In this document: piece by piece, positions 39,786 through 51,010 of the stretch
Numbering within the stretch: the first letter of the stretch is position 1
Layout: each line of letters opens with the position of its first letter
Assembly: GCA_043800705.1 (NCBI GenBank)
Contig: JAZDMS010000023.1
Coordinates: forward strand, 65,584 to 129,583
DNA length: 64,000 nt
From: Candidatus Altiarchaeota archaeon
GTDB taxonomy: Archaea > Altiarchaeota > Altiarchaeia > IMC4 > SCGC-AAA252-I15
Direction: 5' to 3'
Notes under the pieces: generated by a model
What the model was told of the DNA's origin: nothing
The model's input: the letters and a program-made list of their open reading frames with translations, nothing else
The model's database searches: none
Program-made: the position numbers and the translations under genes

Positions 39786-40703
39786 ATGGGTAAAAAAAGG
39801 TTCAAAAAAGGCAAAATTGTAGTAAATAAAACCATTTCATGTGATGAGTCAACTGATGCGGGCTCAAAAATCCATGACTTAGTTTCAGTAGACGGTACTT
39901 CGGCTGCCGGCGGGAAAAAATCCTCGGGGGAAAAATCCGAAGACCTTGTCAGGATCATCACAGACATACAATCCGAAGAGGATTTAGGACCTGGCGTGAA
40001 GACATCCCTGGACTATTCGTCCGAAGATCAGATCACTTCTGTCGTCTCCGACATAGAAGAGGAGATCCCGCATGAGCCGCTGGCCGATGACATAAAGTGC
40101 GCCAGAAGCTGCGCGTTGGAGATCGGCGTAGTGGCCTTGACAGTCATAGCCATCCTTGCTGGCATCCTCATCCTCTGTGTGGTCTACATCTACCAGGAGT
40201 ATGGTCCTAAAGATTCGACATTCGGGCATGTCGTCAAAGGAGGGCCCGTTGCAGAAGCGGCCTCCTCCACCACTTCGTCTACTACGACAACGACGTCGTC
40301 GACGTCGATCACTTCGACCACGACCTCCACGTCATCCCCTCCCCCCGCCCCCGTCTGCAGGCCGCCTTATATGCGTCTGGGCCTCGGTTGCTGCCTTGAT
40401 TCCCAAGGCAACGGATTATGCGACACAGACGAGCATTCCACGACGTCTTCGACGGTCCTCGACTACGTCATATGCAGGCGGGATGCCGACTGCGGGGCTA
40501 CGAGGACGGAGTATATCTGCCGCATCGGAGACGTTTACCGTCTGACCTTCACCCACGTTTGCAGGAGGCCGGGGCTGACGTCCTCGGCCTGCGAGCAGGT
40601 CGTGATCGACGACCTCGTCGACAGTTGCGGGCCTGCCTATCAATGCGTTACGGGCAGGAACAGGTGTCAGCCCAGGTACACGAGCAACAACTTCATGGAC
40701 TAG
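39786..40703 (+). CDS. Membrane-anchored Thr/Ser-rich, Cys-rich surface protein
   Basis: TM helix, STTSSTTTT linker, C.PPY...G..CCLD...NG.CD motif. Confidence 0.75.
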   Translation: MGKKRFKKGKIVVNKTISCDESTDAGSKIHDLVSVDGTSAAGGKKSSGEKSEDLVRIITDIQSEEDLGPGVKTSLDYSSEDQITSVVSDIEEEIPHEPLADDIKCARSCALEIGVVALTVIAILAGILILCVVYIYQEYGPKDSTFGHVVKGGPVAEAASSTTSSTTTTTSSTSITSTTTSTSSPPPAPVCRPPYMRLGLGCCLDSQGNGLCDTDEHSTTSSTVLDYVICRRDADCGATRTEYICRIGDVYRLTFTHVCRRPGLTSSACEQVVIDDLVDSCGPAYQCVTGRNRCQPRYTSNNFMD

Positions 40704-41589
40704 GCTTTCTCGGCTGTCTGTAGGGGAGTCCTCTTATAAGTTTGCGCATTTTAGCAGCCGTCACCCACGTCTCCTTCCCGACTCTGATTTTAAGCTCTCC
40801 TGTGACTGTGCCGACTTCCACGCATGGGCAGCCGTGTTTCGCTGCTGTGGTGACTACAGTGTCAGTCTCCTTCTGTGGCACAGCCAAAAGGTATGTCCCC
40901 ATGTATCGTGTGGGGCTCGGGTACGGTATCGCCGTGATCTTGACCCCCTTTTGGCTCTTTATCAGCATCTCGGTGAGGTTTCCGAACCATCCTCCGCGAC
41001 TCGCGTCTTTGAGGGCGTGCATCTCGATCTTCTGCCCGTAGAGGTCGAACATAGTTGCGAATTTCACGTTCACCCTGTGGACGCGCTCCCCTGTGGTTCC
41101 CTCGACCACGTGGCCGACCATGAGTATCTTGTCCCCGTCCTGGCATCCGCAGTCGGGTATCGGTCTGCCGATGAGCCTGCCGACGACGAAGAACGATATG
41201 CACGGCTTGAGGTCGTTCTCAAGCTGCGTGTTCCCGCCGATTATCGGGACGCCGAGGCCCATGCTCTGGCGTTTGACCTCTTCGACCACCTCCTTCGCCT
41301 GCTCGAGGGAGTCCACCTGCATGGCGTTGAATGCGAAGAGCGGTCTTGCCCCCATCGCGACTATGTCCGCGCAGGTGTGTATGAGGCCCGTCTTCTGGCC
41401 TATGTTCAGCGGGTATGGTCCTTCCATGTTGTAGACGTAGTCGTCGACGATCGCCGCGTCGTCACCCTGCTGTATCCCGAAGCGTAGGCCTTTGACCTTC
41501 TCGTCCATGTGCCAGAAGGCTCGCCTTATCGCGGTCGTCTCAAGTATGTGTCCGAGGCTTCTTTCTATCTCTTCCTTCATCGTTGTCAC
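40693..41589 (-). CDS. AIR synthase-related (PurM/ThiL/SelD/HypE fold) protein
   Basis: GDDAA, DIVAMGARP, IIGGNT, KDASRGG. Confidence 0.85.
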   Translation of the reverse strand: MTTMKEEIERSLGHILETTAIRRAFWHMDEKVKGLRFGIQQGDDAAIVDDYVYNMEGPYPLNIGQKTGLIHTCADIVAMGARPLFAFNAMQVDSLEQAKEVVEEVKRQSMGLGVPIIGGNTQLENDLKPCISFFVVGRLIGRPIPDCGCQDGDKILMVGHVVEGTTGERVHRVNVKFATMFDLYGQKIEMHALKDASRGGWFGNLTEMLIKSQKGVKITAIPYPSPTRYMGTYLLAVPQKETDTVVTTAAKHGCPCVEVGTVTGELKIRVGKETWVTAAKMRKLIRGLPYRQPRKPSP

Positions 41590-41653
41590 CCGCTCATGTG
41601 GATCCGGATCATAAGTGTTTTCCTATTCCTATTATGCTATTTCCCCCTTAGTA

Positions 41654-43126
41654 TTATCCCAGCGCCTTCATCTGTTCGAACGTCAACTCCTCTATGTCGG
41701 TTTTGTCGTCCGTGAATATATCACCGCCTTCCTGGTTATATTCGACCGCATATTCGTTGAAGTTGTAAATTATCGGCTCCATGCGGGGGTTATTCGCCCT
41801 CGTCAGGCCTTCAGTGAGCTGTTGTTTGGTTTTTTTGCCCTTGCATGCGATGAGTATGTCGTTCCTTGACGAATTCACCAAGAAGACGCTTGGGAACGCG
41901 GTTTTCATGGTGTTTGCCACCGCATGCGACAGTTTCCTGTCATTTTTTATGTTCAGGACGTTCATCATCAGGATGCCGTCGTCGTTCAGGTGCCCGTAGG
42001 CATCCTTGAAGAATTCCGCGGATGACATGTGGGTCGGGATGTCTGCTCCGTTGAACGCGTCAACGTCTATCACGTCATATTTCCCCGAGCCTTTGAGGAA
42101 CTGCCGCCCGTCAGACACGAAGATGCGCAACCTGGGGCCTTCCGTCACGTTGAAGTATTCCTTTGCGACATCTACGACTGAGGGGTCGATCTCGACCGCG
42201 TCGACGTCCACGTCGTAGAATCCGAGGAGCTGGTTGACTGCGACCCCCCCCGCCATTCCTATGAAAAGAACCTTGTTGCCTCCGCTCATTGGCGGGCCAA
42301 GCAGGTAATTGTCGAAGTAGTAGCCTGTTAGGGGGCCGTTCTTGTTCTGATATGACTGTATGAGAAATAGGTCCCAGTTCATCCTCAGGATGCGGCTGTT
42401 TGGGGAGTCAACGACGGATATTATGTTGTATGCGGACTCGCCCCTGTATATGAGTCCCTCTGCTTGCAGATACGGCGGCTGATACAGGAAGCCGGGTAAC
42501 ATGAACATCGCCAAGAGCGCGGAATTCCTCTCATAGACTCCGATGCATCCTAAGGCGCAAAGAAGCAGGGCGTTGGAAAGCAGCGTCGCCCTGGTCCCGA
42601 GGTAAGGCAATAGGAGGAAGGCCGTGGCGAAGGTGCCTATTATGCTCCCAACTGTCGAGATAGCGAACACCTTTCCTGCGCTCCCGCCGACGGTCGAGAG
42701 ATTCCTAGCCTCGCGTTTTATCACCATCGGAGAGACCGTGGAGACCAGCGTCATCGGAGCCGCGAAGATCATCACCGAAGATATGAGCGGCCCGAATATA
42801 AGGCCCGCATACGTGCAGACCGCGACGATAGCATACCCCACGGTGGGCGTCAGGGACACTATTATGCCGGAGAGTATCAGGGCCTTATACGGCCTCTTCG
42901 GATCCTTTCGGTCGTCAGCCCATCTGCCGCCTATCCAGTACCCCAACGACATGGCCGCCATTATAACGCCGATAAGTGAGCCCCATACGTATATTCCCCC
43001 TCCGAAGCCGGGGGACAGGATCCTTGAGGCGCAAAGCTCAAGGCTCATCACGGAGGCCCCGGCCAGGAAGGCGCTCCCTAAGAGGAACGCCCGGGATCTT
43101 GGCTGATTCGACGTCTTTTTCCTCAT
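41654..43126 (-). CDS. Membrane domain fused to spermidine synthase-like methyltransferase
   Basis: MSLEL..SR.L.P.FG, ISTVGSI.GTF, IGMAGG, VEIDP, DGRQFL, YD.I.VDAF. Confidence 0.9.
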   Translation of the reverse strand: MRKKTSNQPRSRAFLLGSAFLAGASVMSLELCASRILSPGFGGGIYVWGSLIGVIMAAMSLGYWIGGRWADDRKDPKRPYKALILSGIIVSLTPTVGYAIVAVCTYAGLIFGPLISSVMIFAAPMTLVSTVSPMVIKREARNLSTVGGSAGKVFAISTVGSIIGTFATAFLLLPYLGTRATLLSNALLLCALGCIGVYERNSALLAMFMLPGFLYQPPYLQAEGLIYRGESAYNIISVVDSPNSRILRMNWDLFLIQSYQNKNGPLTGYYFDNYLLGPPMSGGNKVLFIGMAGGVAVNQLLGFYDVDVDAVEIDPSVVDVAKEYFNVTEGPRLRIFVSDGRQFLKGSGKYDVIDVDAFNGADIPTHMSSAEFFKDAYGHLNDDGILMMNVLNIKNDRKLSHAVANTMKTAFPSVFLVNSSRNDILIACKGKKTKQQLTEGLTRANNPRMEPIIYNFNEYAVEYNQEGGDIFTDDKTDIEELTFEQMKALG

Positions 43127-43328
43127 TTTAGTTGGCGGTCAGGTCGCCCATCAGTCATCATAAAGTCAGAGGTTGTTCGCATCATCACACCGCCGATAAC
43201 TACTAGGTGGACTTCAGATAATATAGTTAAAATCACTCGACCGATGAAGATGGGAGAAAAATGGCAGATTGTTATTCTTCGAGAAAAAGTTAAATACGGG
43301 GGCGTCTTTCAGCCCCCGCTTTATATGT

Positions 43329-44969
43329 TCAGTAGTCGCCCATGTCGCCGCCAGGCATCCCGCCAGGTGGCATTCCGCCGCCCATCTTCGGCTTGTTTGA
43401 GGCGATGACGTCGTCGATCCTCAGGATCATCTCAGCGGCCTCTGAGGAGCTCTTGATGACCTGGCTTTTCAGCTTTAGGGGCTCGATCACGCTCTTTGAG
43501 AACATGTCGTCGACTTTGCCTTCCAAGACGTTGACGCCGTATCCTGCGCCGTCCTTCTTGTCGTGCTTGCTCCTTAGGCTGACGAGGGTGTCGATCGCGT
43601 CCATGCCTGCGCTTTCCGCCAGAGTCCTCGGGATTATCTCGAGGCTGTCGGCGAAGGCGTTTACCGCCAGTTGTTCGCGGCCTCCTATGGTGTCTGAGTA
43701 TTTTCGCAGCTCTTTGGCGAGTTCGACCTCTATGGCTCCTCCGCCTGCGACGTATTTGCCCGAGTCGATCGCTGCTGCGACGACGCAGACTGCGTCGTGT
43801 ATGCCGCGTTCGGCCTCGTCAACGACGTGCTCTGTTCCGCCGCGCACCAGAATGCTTACAGCCTTCGGGTTCTTGCAGTCGCGGATGAAGAGCATGTCGT
43901 CTCCGGAGACCTTCTTCTCCTCGACGACTTTAGCATATCCGAGGTCGTCTTTTGAGAGTTCCTTGATGCTCGTCACGATCCTTGCGCCTGTGGCTTTCGA
44001 GAGCTTCTTCATGTCGGACTCCTTCACGCGCCTCGCTGCGAGGATGCCGGCCTTCGAGAGGAAGTGCTGCGGCAGGTCTTCGATGCCCTTCTGGCATAGG
44101 AGGACGTTCGCTCCGCTTTTCACTACCGCATCAACAAGGGATTTCAGGGTCTTCTCTTCCTGGTCGACGAACGCCTGAAGCTGCATCGGGTCCGTGATCG
44201 ATATTTCCGCGTCGGTTTCGGTCTTCTTTATCTCGAATGCCCCGTCGACGAGCGCGATCTTCGCGTCCGTCACCTTCTTCGGCATGCCGGAGTGGACCAC
44301 TTCCTTGTCGATAACGATGCCCCTGATCAGTTCGGTGTCCGTGACGGCGCTGCCTTGCTTCTTTTCGACCTGTATGTCGTCCATGTCGGCCTTCATCCTG
44401 CCGTTGACCTCTTCGGCCACTTGCGTTACCGCGTTCACCGCTATCTCTGCGAGGTAGTCCTTGGATCCGCCGACACTCTTTCCTGTCATGGATGTCGCAG
44501 CGATCTTCTTCAGCGTCGCCTTTTCGGATACTGAAACCGGCCTGCCTGCCCTGTCCAATGCCTCCTGGGCCTTGTTGGCCGCCATCCTGTATCCGCGTGC
44601 GATTATCGTCGAGTGTATGCCCAGGTCGAGGAGCTTCTCGGCGTTGGCCAGAAGCTCGCCTGTCATCACGACTGCGGTCGTCGTCCCGTCGCCGACTTCG
44701 TCGTCTCGGGTCTTGGCGACCTCGACGACCATCTTCGCCGCCGGGTGCTCGACGTTCATCTCCTTGACGATCGTCGCACCGTCGTTGGTGATGACGATGT
44801 CTCCGAGGTCGTCGACGAGCATCTTGTCCATCCCCATCGGGCCCATGGTGCTTCTCACCATCTGGGACATAGCCTTAGCAGCTGCGATGTTGCTCCTTTG
44901 GGCGTCGCGGCCCTGAGTCCTAAGCGCCCCTTCGGGCAGAATAAAAATCTGTTGTCCTTGCTGTACCAT
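43329..44969 (-). CDS. ths: Thermosome subunit (group II chaperonin)
   Basis: GP.GMDKM, TNDGATI, GDGTTT, RGGT, GGGA.E, ILRIDD, GGM tail. Confidence 0.98.
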   Translation of the reverse strand: MVQQGQQIFILPEGALRTQGRDAQRSNIAAAKAMSQMVRSTMGPMGMDKMLVDDLGDIVITNDGATIVKEMNVEHPAAKMVVEVAKTRDDEVGDGTTTAVVMTGELLANAEKLLDLGIHSTIIARGYRMAANKAQEALDRAGRPVSVSEKATLKKIAATSMTGKSVGGSKDYLAEIAVNAVTQVAEEVNGRMKADMDDIQVEKKQGSAVTDTELIRGIVIDKEVVHSGMPKKVTDAKIALVDGAFEIKKTETDAEISITDPMQLQAFVDQEEKTLKSLVDAVVKSGANVLLCQKGIEDLPQHFLSKAGILAARRVKESDMKKLSKATGARIVTSIKELSKDDLGYAKVVEEKKVSGDDMLFIRDCKNPKAVSILVRGGTEHVVDEAERGIHDAVCVVAAAIDSGKYVAGGGAIEVELAKELRKYSDTIGGREQLAVNAFADSLEIIPRTLAESAGMDAIDTLVSLRSKHDKKDGAGYGVNVLEGKVDDMFSKSVIEPLKLKSQVIKSSSEAAEMILRIDDVIASNKPKMGGGMPPGGMPGGDMGDY

Positions 44970-45020
44970 ATCAAATTCACCTCAAATATAAATTTCTGGA
45001 ACAATTAATGGGTTTGCCTG

Positions 45021-45036
45021 TATATAAAGCTTTCGG
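45021..45036 (-). promoter_or_regulatory. BRE/TATA promoter of the thermosome gene
   Basis: Minus strand CCGAAAGCTTTATATA; SD-like GAGGTGA before the ATG. Confidence 0.75.
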
Positions 45037-45107
45037 AAACCCCCATACGGTCATATTTCCCCGAATACCGGCCATATCCTTATTAAGGTGATTTTTAAAG
45101 TAAGGTT

Positions 45108-46085
45108 ATGGGCCCCAGATTCCTAGTTCTTTTCCTCCTTTTGGCATGCCTTTATGGGTGCCTGGGGCAAAATCAAGGGGAAAACAGCACTGTCCTGACC
45201 GACTTGCCACAAGTTCCGGCATCCTCGACCTCAACCCCGGAGGTTTCGACCACCTCCACTCAAATGCCCACGACAACCACGACTTCCTCAACTATCCCCC
45301 CGCTGGAGACAATAACGACTATAACGACTAACCCTCCGACAACAATGACCGCTCCTCCGACGACCGTAGCCAAACCTCAACTCATGAAAAGTGATGTCTT
45401 GGCACCCCTCCCCCCGGAGGACATCTCGTTCTTCGAGAAATACGCCCATGGCAGGAACTACATATGGTCCTATAAAGTCCCGTCATTCGTCGCAGAGGAG
45501 AATGCCCGGATAAACGTTCACGTGACCAACAAGAGGAACATCACCTTCCATATCTACATAATGAACGAGACGCAGACGACGAAATGCTGGAAGAGCCCGT
45601 TCTTCACAGACTGCCGCTATGGCGTTGACTCATCGCACAGCATAACGGAATTCGACAAGGCCTACAGCATGAATTCCAACTGGTCGGTGTCCATCGATAA
45701 TGCCGTCGAAGGTACGGAATTCACAATTAACTGGACGATTATCAGCCCGTCGGAGAACACGTCGAAGATTTGGACTCTATGGAACACAAAGACCGCCGGG
45801 TGCCTCTACAATCCCCAGAACGGATCCGCATACGACTTCATGCAGTACCGTGGGCATTGGACCGAGAAAATAGCCACCTGCGGGGAAAGGTGCTGTCTCA
45901 TGACCGACCACCGCCGCGACAAGAACATCACCTGGTACCAGAAATGCTATTCTTCGGAAGATTACCGGAAGATATACAACCGCTGGCCTTTCGATGTCGA
46001 ATTTCCCGGCCTCCCGGCATATTACGTCTGGGAGCCGATAAAATACAAGGACTCCAACTGCGCCGATGTCATGAAGCAATATTGA
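45108..46085 (+). CDS. Predicted lipoprotein with Thr/Pro-rich stalk
   Basis: Lipobox-like LYGC, TTTT linker, Cys/aromatic-rich C-terminus. Confidence 0.75.
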   Translation: MGPRFLVLFLLLACLYGCLGQNQGENSTVLTDLPQVPASSTSTPEVSTTSTQMPTTTTTSSTIPPLETITTITTNPPTTMTAPPTTVAKPQLMKSDVLAPLPPEDISFFEKYAHGRNYIWSYKVPSFVAEENARINVHVTNKRNITFHIYIMNETQTTKCWKSPFFTDCRYGVDSSHSITEFDKAYSMNSNWSVSIDNAVEGTEFTINWTIISPSENTSKIWTLWNTKTAGCLYNPQNGSAYDFMQYRGHWTEKIATCGERCCLMTDHRRDKNITWYQKCYSSEDYRKIYNRWPFDVEFPGLPAYYVWEPIKYKDSNCADVMKQY

Positions 46086-46097
46086 TACGCAGGCGGT

Positions 46098-47006
46098 TCA
46101 GTGGTGGGGGTGGTGTCTCTTCAGCCTGTGTTCCGCGTCGCTGTGGCAGACTTCATGGTATTCTATGGCTGCGAGGCCTGCGATGATGAGGAATCCGCCG
46201 ACCGCCTGATAGGGCATCAGCCTTTCACCAAGGAGGATGACCGCGTAGACCACTCCGAAGAGCGGCATGCTCAGGGAGGCGAGTCCCACGTTGCATGCAG
46301 TCGTGTGTTCAAGGCTGTAGTACCAGAGATATCGTCCGATTACGCCGACCAGTATCACCTGCCCCGTCAAGAGCGCGACCGTACTGGCTGAGAGCATTGC
46401 GGGAATCTGGGTGCCGCATATGCCAAGGAGCACTGCCCCCGAGAATCCGAAATATCCTATGACTATTATCTCGGGCCTCACGTCGGATAGGTACTTCTTC
46501 ATGATGATGTTCGCCACAGCCCAGAACACCGCGGCGAGGATCAAAAGGCCGTCTCCCCGCATCATGGCCAGCTCCTGGGAAAAGCTCTTTGTGGCTATCA
46601 TCAGCACCCCGATGACCATCAGCGCCGCCCCGACTCCGTGGTTCCATGTGGGTCTCTCCTTTATCAGCAGGATGCCCAAGACCGCTATCAGCATGGAGTT
46701 GAGCCTCGTCAATAGGACCGCGTTCGTCGCGGTCGTGTCGCGAAGGCCCGTGACGTACAGCAGCTGCGCCATGACGCCGCTGATTATGCCGATCGCCAGG
46801 AGGGCGACGAACTGGCTCCTCTTGAGCTTCCAGATCTCGCCCATCTTCTTCTCGCCCTCCAGGATGAAGAAGAGGATGATGGCGGCCGAGACGGAGATGA
46901 GGGCTGCCAAGGCCAGCGGCGTCAGCTCCAGGAGCAGGACCTTCGAAAAGACGGCCTCCAGGGCAAGGAACATGCAGGCAAAGAGCGCGACGGAGACCCC
47001 CTTCAT
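46098..47006 (-). CDS. DMT/EamA family transporter
   Basis: 10 TMs in two repeats, GL..T.A.NA, KE, LGE.L. Confidence 0.9.
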   Translation of the reverse strand: MKGVSVALFACMFLALEAVFSKVLLLELTPLALAALISVSAAIILFFILEGEKKMGEIWKLKRSQFVALLAIGIISGVMAQLLYVTGLRDTTATNAVLLTRLNSMLIAVLGILLIKERPTWNHGVGAALMVIGVLMIATKSFSQELAMMRGDGLLILAAVFWAVANIIMKKYLSDVRPEIIVIGYFGFSGAVLLGICGTQIPAMLSASTVALLTGQVILVGVIGRYLWYYSLEHTTACNVGLASLSMPLFGVVYAVILLGERLMPYQAVGGFLIIAGLAAIEYHEVCHSDAEHRLKRHHPHH

Positions 47007-47042
47007 GACACCTAATTAATATCCGGGGTCCTATATATCCCC

Positions 47043-47684
47043 ATGAGGGAACCGTTTCTCGGCGTCTATCTCCTTGACGGAAAGCTGGCGACCGTGAATA
47101 AGACACCCGGTTACAGGGTCTACAACGAGAAGACGATGCGGATCGGCGGGAAGGAATACAGGATATGGGACCCGTACAGGAGCAAGGTCGCGGCCGCATT
47201 GGCGAAGGGGATGAAGAGCTTCCCTGTGAAGAAGGGCTCGTTCGTGCTCTACCTGGGGGCTTCGTCCGGGACAACGGCGAGTCACATCGCAGACATCGCG
47301 GACACGGTATATTGCGTCGAGTTCTCGAAGAGGATGATGAGGGAGCTCCTCCTAGTATGCGAACGGAAGGAGAACATGATACCTATACTCGCAGACGCCA
47401 GGCACCCGTGGGAGTACGAGAACGCCATAGCCCAGGTCGACGTCCTCGTACAGGACGTGGCCCAGCCGGACCAAGCCAACATCGTCAACAACAACTGGGA
47501 GAGCTTCAAGTTCAGGGACGCGCTCCTTTCGATAAAGGCAAGGAGCATCAACTCGGTGAAAGACCCGGCCAAGGTATTCCGCGCCGAAGTAGACAAGCTC
47601 AGGGCCAAATTCCACATAGTCCAGGAGATAGACCTGCAGCCGTACGAGGAAGACCACATCCTCGTCAACCTGAAGGCGAAGTAG
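47043..47684 (+). CDS. flpA: Fibrillarin-like rRNA/tRNA 2'-O-methyltransferase
   Basis: YR.WDP.RSK.AA, VLYLGASSGTT.SH, PILADAR.P, QDVAQPDQ. Confidence 0.96.
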   Translation: MREPFLGVYLLDGKLATVNKTPGYRVYNEKTMRIGGKEYRIWDPYRSKVAAALAKGMKSFPVKKGSFVLYLGASSGTTASHIADIADTVYCVEFSKRMMRELLLVCERKENMIPILADARHPWEYENAIAQVDVLVQDVAQPDQANIVNNNWESFKFRDALLSIKARSINSVKDPAKVFRAEVDKLRAKFHIVQEIDLQPYEEDHILVNLKAK

Positions 47685-47714
47685 ATTTATTCTCCCTTTC
47701 TCATTCCTGTACTG

Positions 47715-48206
47715 ATGGCTCTGGAAGTCGAGATCAAGGCTCCGTGTCCGGGAGCTAAGGCGAAGGTCGAATCCATCGGGGCAACATTCGTGAAGTCGGA
47801 GACCCAGGAGGATACCTACTTCAAACACCCCTGCCGCGACTTCAAAAAGACGGACGAAGCCCTCCGGCTGAGAAATACCGGCGATCTTAGGATAACCTAC
47901 AAAGGCCCGAAGCAGAAATCGGACCTGAAGGCCAGGCGGGAGATAGAGTTCGACGTCCCCGAAGAGGCGCATGAGCTTCTGTCCTTCCTGGGATTCGAGA
48001 AGGCCTTCACGATCCGAAAGAACCGGAGCACATACCGGCTGGGTTCCCTCACAGTCTCTTGCGACATGGTCGAAGGCCTCGGCGAATACGTGGAGGTGGA
48101 GTCCGCATCGGAGCAGGACAACGAAAAGATCATGGCGGTGCTCCAGCGCCTCGGAGTCCATGGGATGGGGACGACGAAGTCTTATTCAGAGCTGCTTGGG
48201 CTTTGA
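47715..48206 (+). CDS. cyaB: CYTH domain protein (CyaB-like)
   Basis: EVEIK, QEDTYF.HP.RDF..TDEALRLR, TYKGPK, GLG.YVEVE, SY.ELL. Confidence 0.9.
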   Translation: MALEVEIKAPCPGAKAKVESIGATFVKSETQEDTYFKHPCRDFKKTDEALRLRNTGDLRITYKGPKQKSDLKARREIEFDVPEEAHELLSFLGFEKAFTIRKNRSTYRLGSLTVSCDMVEGLGEYVEVESASEQDNEKIMAVLQRLGVHGMGTTKSYSELLGL

Positions 48207-48491
48207 GTAGTTGTCTTCGAAGAAGAGGAGCTCGATAAAGGGCTCGAACCATCTCTGCAGAATGCTGACGACGCTCGCGCCCACCATCAGCAGGAATCCC
48301 CCGAACATCACCCTCACCCACTCCGGGTTCTGGTCCAAGAGGAAGTAGACGCCGAGGGACTTCAGAAGCGACATGATGTTAATCTGGATCAGCGGCATGA
48401 ACAGCATGATAAGGCCAATCAGCGCGATGAGCAGGCCGATCTTGAAGCCTATACCAAAAAGGAGTTCAAGGGCGTATTTGGTCTTCCCCAT
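48186..48491 (-). CDS. Small membrane protein
   Basis: Two or three TM segments. Confidence 0.6.
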   Translation of the reverse strand: MGKTKYALELLFGIGFKIGLLIALIGLIMLFMPLIQINIMSLLKSLGVYFLLDQNPEWVRVMFGGFLLMVGASVVSILQRWFEPFIELLFFEDNYSKPKQL

Positions 48492-48513
48492 ACAAAATAA
48501 TCGGACTGCCGCC

Positions 48514-48840
48514 TTAAAAAGCTTCCTGGTCCTTGCCGAAGAGGTGATCCACCATCGCCTCCACCACTTCCCTGGAGGCTCCGACGATCATAGCAGTCAG
48601 AACCAGGATTATCCCGACAACGATGAGCTGCAGCCAGAACGGAAGGGAGTTGAAGGCCGTCCAGATGCCGGCGTAGTCTAGCGTGAGGTCGGCATAGGCC
48701 GCGAAGAAGCCCGCAAAGTATACGAGGATACCCATGAGGGCTACGAGCCAACCGAGCCTGAACACAAGATGCATGAAGCTGTTGAACCTGTCCTCCCGCC
48801 TGATCACCACTGTAATTTCGATTAAATGCATAAAAAACAA
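48514..48840 (-). CDS. Small membrane protein (true start probably downstream, about 48774-48810)
   Basis: Two TM segments; same architecture as the adjacent 48186-48491. Confidence 0.55.
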   Translation of the reverse strand: MFFMHLIEITVVIRREDRFNSFMHLVFRLGWLVALMGILVYFAGFFAAYADLTLDYAGIWTAFNSLPFWLQLIVVGIILVLTAMIVGASREVVEAMVDHLFGKDQEAF

Positions 48841-49662
48841 ATCCCTACCGTGGACCTTGCCAAGATACTCCTCGAATCGTTCCGGCTCCTTAGGAAGAAG
48901 CCCAAGGCCTTCATACCCCGCATCATCACAACAGCGTTATATTCCGTCGTCATCATCTCCCTGATGCTCATATTCTCGGACCTTTATCCGGCACTCCAAG
49001 GCGGCGGCATGGACGGCAGACCTGACATTATAGCTTCTCAAGGCGTCGAATCCGCCCTTTGGGGGGGCCTGGCCTTGATGGCGTTCATGCCTGCCCTATA
49101 CTTCATCGACCTCATGTCCTATGCCATGTATCCGAGGATAGTGTCGGATTACCGGTCCGGAAAGGAGATAGACCTGATTGCTGCCTTAAGGGAGAGCGCA
49201 AAGGCGTGGAAGGTCGTGTCCGTCCTGGGAGTCCTGCTTTTCATCTTCGCCTCACTGGTGGGGTCCGTCGTGGCGTTCACCTACCTGATGTACGTCATAT
49301 CCGGCAATCCGCTCCCCCTCATCGCAGCATCCCTCATGGCTCTGGCGATGACTCTCTTCTTCGCGATCATCGCGTTCTTCGTGGTGCCATCCGCAGTCGT
49401 CGGCGGCAGAGGCGTACTCGACAGCTTCAGGGACAGCTACTCTTTGGGGATATCCCACGGCTGGGACCTCCTGAAGCTCAATACCATGTTCCTCCTCCTC
49501 ATCGCGGCCACGATGGCGCTCGCGTATCTTGTGAAGACCGACGAGACGCTGTCCGCGGTCTCCCTGGCATTCTTCCTGATACTCCGACTGGTCGAAGCCG
49601 TCGTCTACACGTACCTGAGCGTCACGAATCCTATGGCGTACCTGGAAGTCGGGGTTAAATAG
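48826..49662 (+). CDS. Polytopic membrane protein
   Basis: About 6 TMs, DSFRDS motif. Confidence 0.75.
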   Translation: MHKKQIPTVDLAKILLESFRLLRKKPKAFIPRIITTALYSVVIISLMLIFSDLYPALQGGGMDGRPDIIASQGVESALWGGLALMAFMPALYFIDLMSYAMYPRIVSDYRSGKEIDLIAALRESAKAWKVVSVLGVLLFIFASLVGSVVAFTYLMYVISGNPLPLIAASLMALAMTLFFAIIAFFVVPSAVVGGRGVLDSFRDSYSLGISHGWDLLKLNTMFLLLIAATMALAYLVKTDETLSAVSLAFFLILRLVEAVVYTYLSVTNPMAYLEVGVK

Positions 49663-49684
49663 CCCGGGATAAAATATATCCCCT

Positions 49685-51010
49685 ATGAGGGTCCTGGAAT
49701 ACGGCAAAAATGACATGAATGCCGTTTTCAACCGCAAGGGCGTCCCCGTCATCCAGGCTCGGGAAGCGGTGCGGGGGATAATCGAATCCGTCAGAGCCGA
49801 AGGCGACAAGGCGCTCCTTGAATACACGCGAAGGTTCGACCACGTGGAACTGAGGACCATTAGGGTCAGCGACGAAGAGATGACGGCAGCCTTCGAACGC
49901 ATCGACCCGAAGGTCGCCACCGCCATCCGCTTCGCCCACAAGAACATCACAGCGCTCCACAAAGCCCAATATCGCAAGATTAACCGGCAATGGATGACGG
50001 AAATCGCTCCCGGCGTGAAAGTAGGGGAACGGATAGCGCCCATCGACAGCGTCGGATGCTACGTGCCAGGCGGCCTCGCAGCCTATCCTTCGACGGTGCT
50101 CATGAACATCGTCCCGGCAAAGGTTGCGGGTGTCAAGAGGACTGTCGTCGTTTCGCCTCCCAAGAACATGTCGGATTCCGTACTTGCGGCGTGCAGGATT
50201 GCCCGGGTGAACGAGGTTTACCGGGTCGGCGGCGCCCAGGCAATTGCGGCACTAGCATACGGGACCGAATCCATAAAGCCGGTCTCGAAGATCGTCGGCC
50301 CTGGAAACCAGTACGTCGTTTCAGCCAAACTCATGGTATTCGGAAAGGTGGGAATAGATAGTCCCGCAGGGCCTAGCGAGATTCTGATAATAGCGGACGA
50401 CTCCGCCGACCCATCTTACATAGCCTCTGACATCCTCGCACAGGCAGAGCATTCTGCCGACGCCCAGTGCGTCCTCACAACAACATCCCGGAGACTTGCC
50501 AATGAGGCGATGAGGCTGGTGAGCGAGCTGGCACAGGCGTCGGAGCGGAAGGACATTATCTCCTCCAGTCTGGAGAACTTCTCAGTCGTCCTCACGAGAA
50601 ACCTGTCAGAGTCCATAGACTTCGCGAACCAGTACGCTCCTGAACACCTAGAAATACTGACTAATTACGCGGATGCGGTGTCCAAGGAGATTAGGAACGC
50701 TGGGGCGATATTCATCGGGCCATTCAGTCCGGTCGCAGCGGGAGATTACGCGTCGGGCGGCAACCACGTCCTGCCGACCGGGGGGGCTGCGAAGTTCTCG
50801 GGCCAGCTTTCTGTCCGCGACTTCCTCAAATCGACGAGCATACAGAAGATCTCAAAAGCCGGGCTGAAAAGGATCGCACCGACGATAACGACGCTCGCGG
50901 AACTAGAAGGACTGAACGAACACCGAAGGAGCGTCGAGGCAAGGCTCGAAGATCAGACAAGCGCGACCGAATCGGGATTTCGTCCCCTAAAAAAACAGAG
51001 CCTGTCGTAG
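49685..51010 (+). CDS. hisD: Histidinol dehydrogenase
   Basis: [53 protein letters not shown]. Confidence 0.97.
   Translation: MRVLEYGKNDMNAVFNRKGVPVIQAREAVRGIIESVRAEGDKALLEYTRRFDHVELRTIRVSDEEMTAAFERIDPKVATAIRFAHKNITALHKAQYRKINRQWMTEIAPGVKVGERIAPIDSVGCYVPGGLAAYPSTVLMNIVPAKVAGVKRTVVVSPPKNMSDSVLAACRIARVNEVYRVGGAQAIAALAYGTESIKPVSKIVGPGNQYVVSAKLMVFGKVGIDSPAGPSEILIIADDSADPSYIASDILAQAEHSADAQCVLTTTSRRLANEAMRLVSELAQASERKDIISSSLENFSVVLTRNLSESIDFANQYAPEHLEILTNYADAVSKEIRNAGAIFIGPFSPVAAGDYASGGNHVLPTGGAAKFSGQLSVRDFLKSTSIQKISKAGLKRIAPTITTLAELEGLNEHRRSVEARLEDQTSATESGFRPLKKQSLS

Noticed and set aside
43139-43151. Possible sixth displaced gene end (ATGGGCGAC-CTGA resembling the thermosome end)
   Set aside because: Only 9 nt identical and no further codon similarity.
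44700-44715. KTRDDE instead of the conserved KTQDDE in the thermosome
   Set aside because: A single substitution that could be a read error; no inference possible.
50953-51010. Convergent 3' overlaps (hisD/phosphatase, larC/aroE)
   Set aside because: Short tail overlaps are common in compact archaeal genomes.
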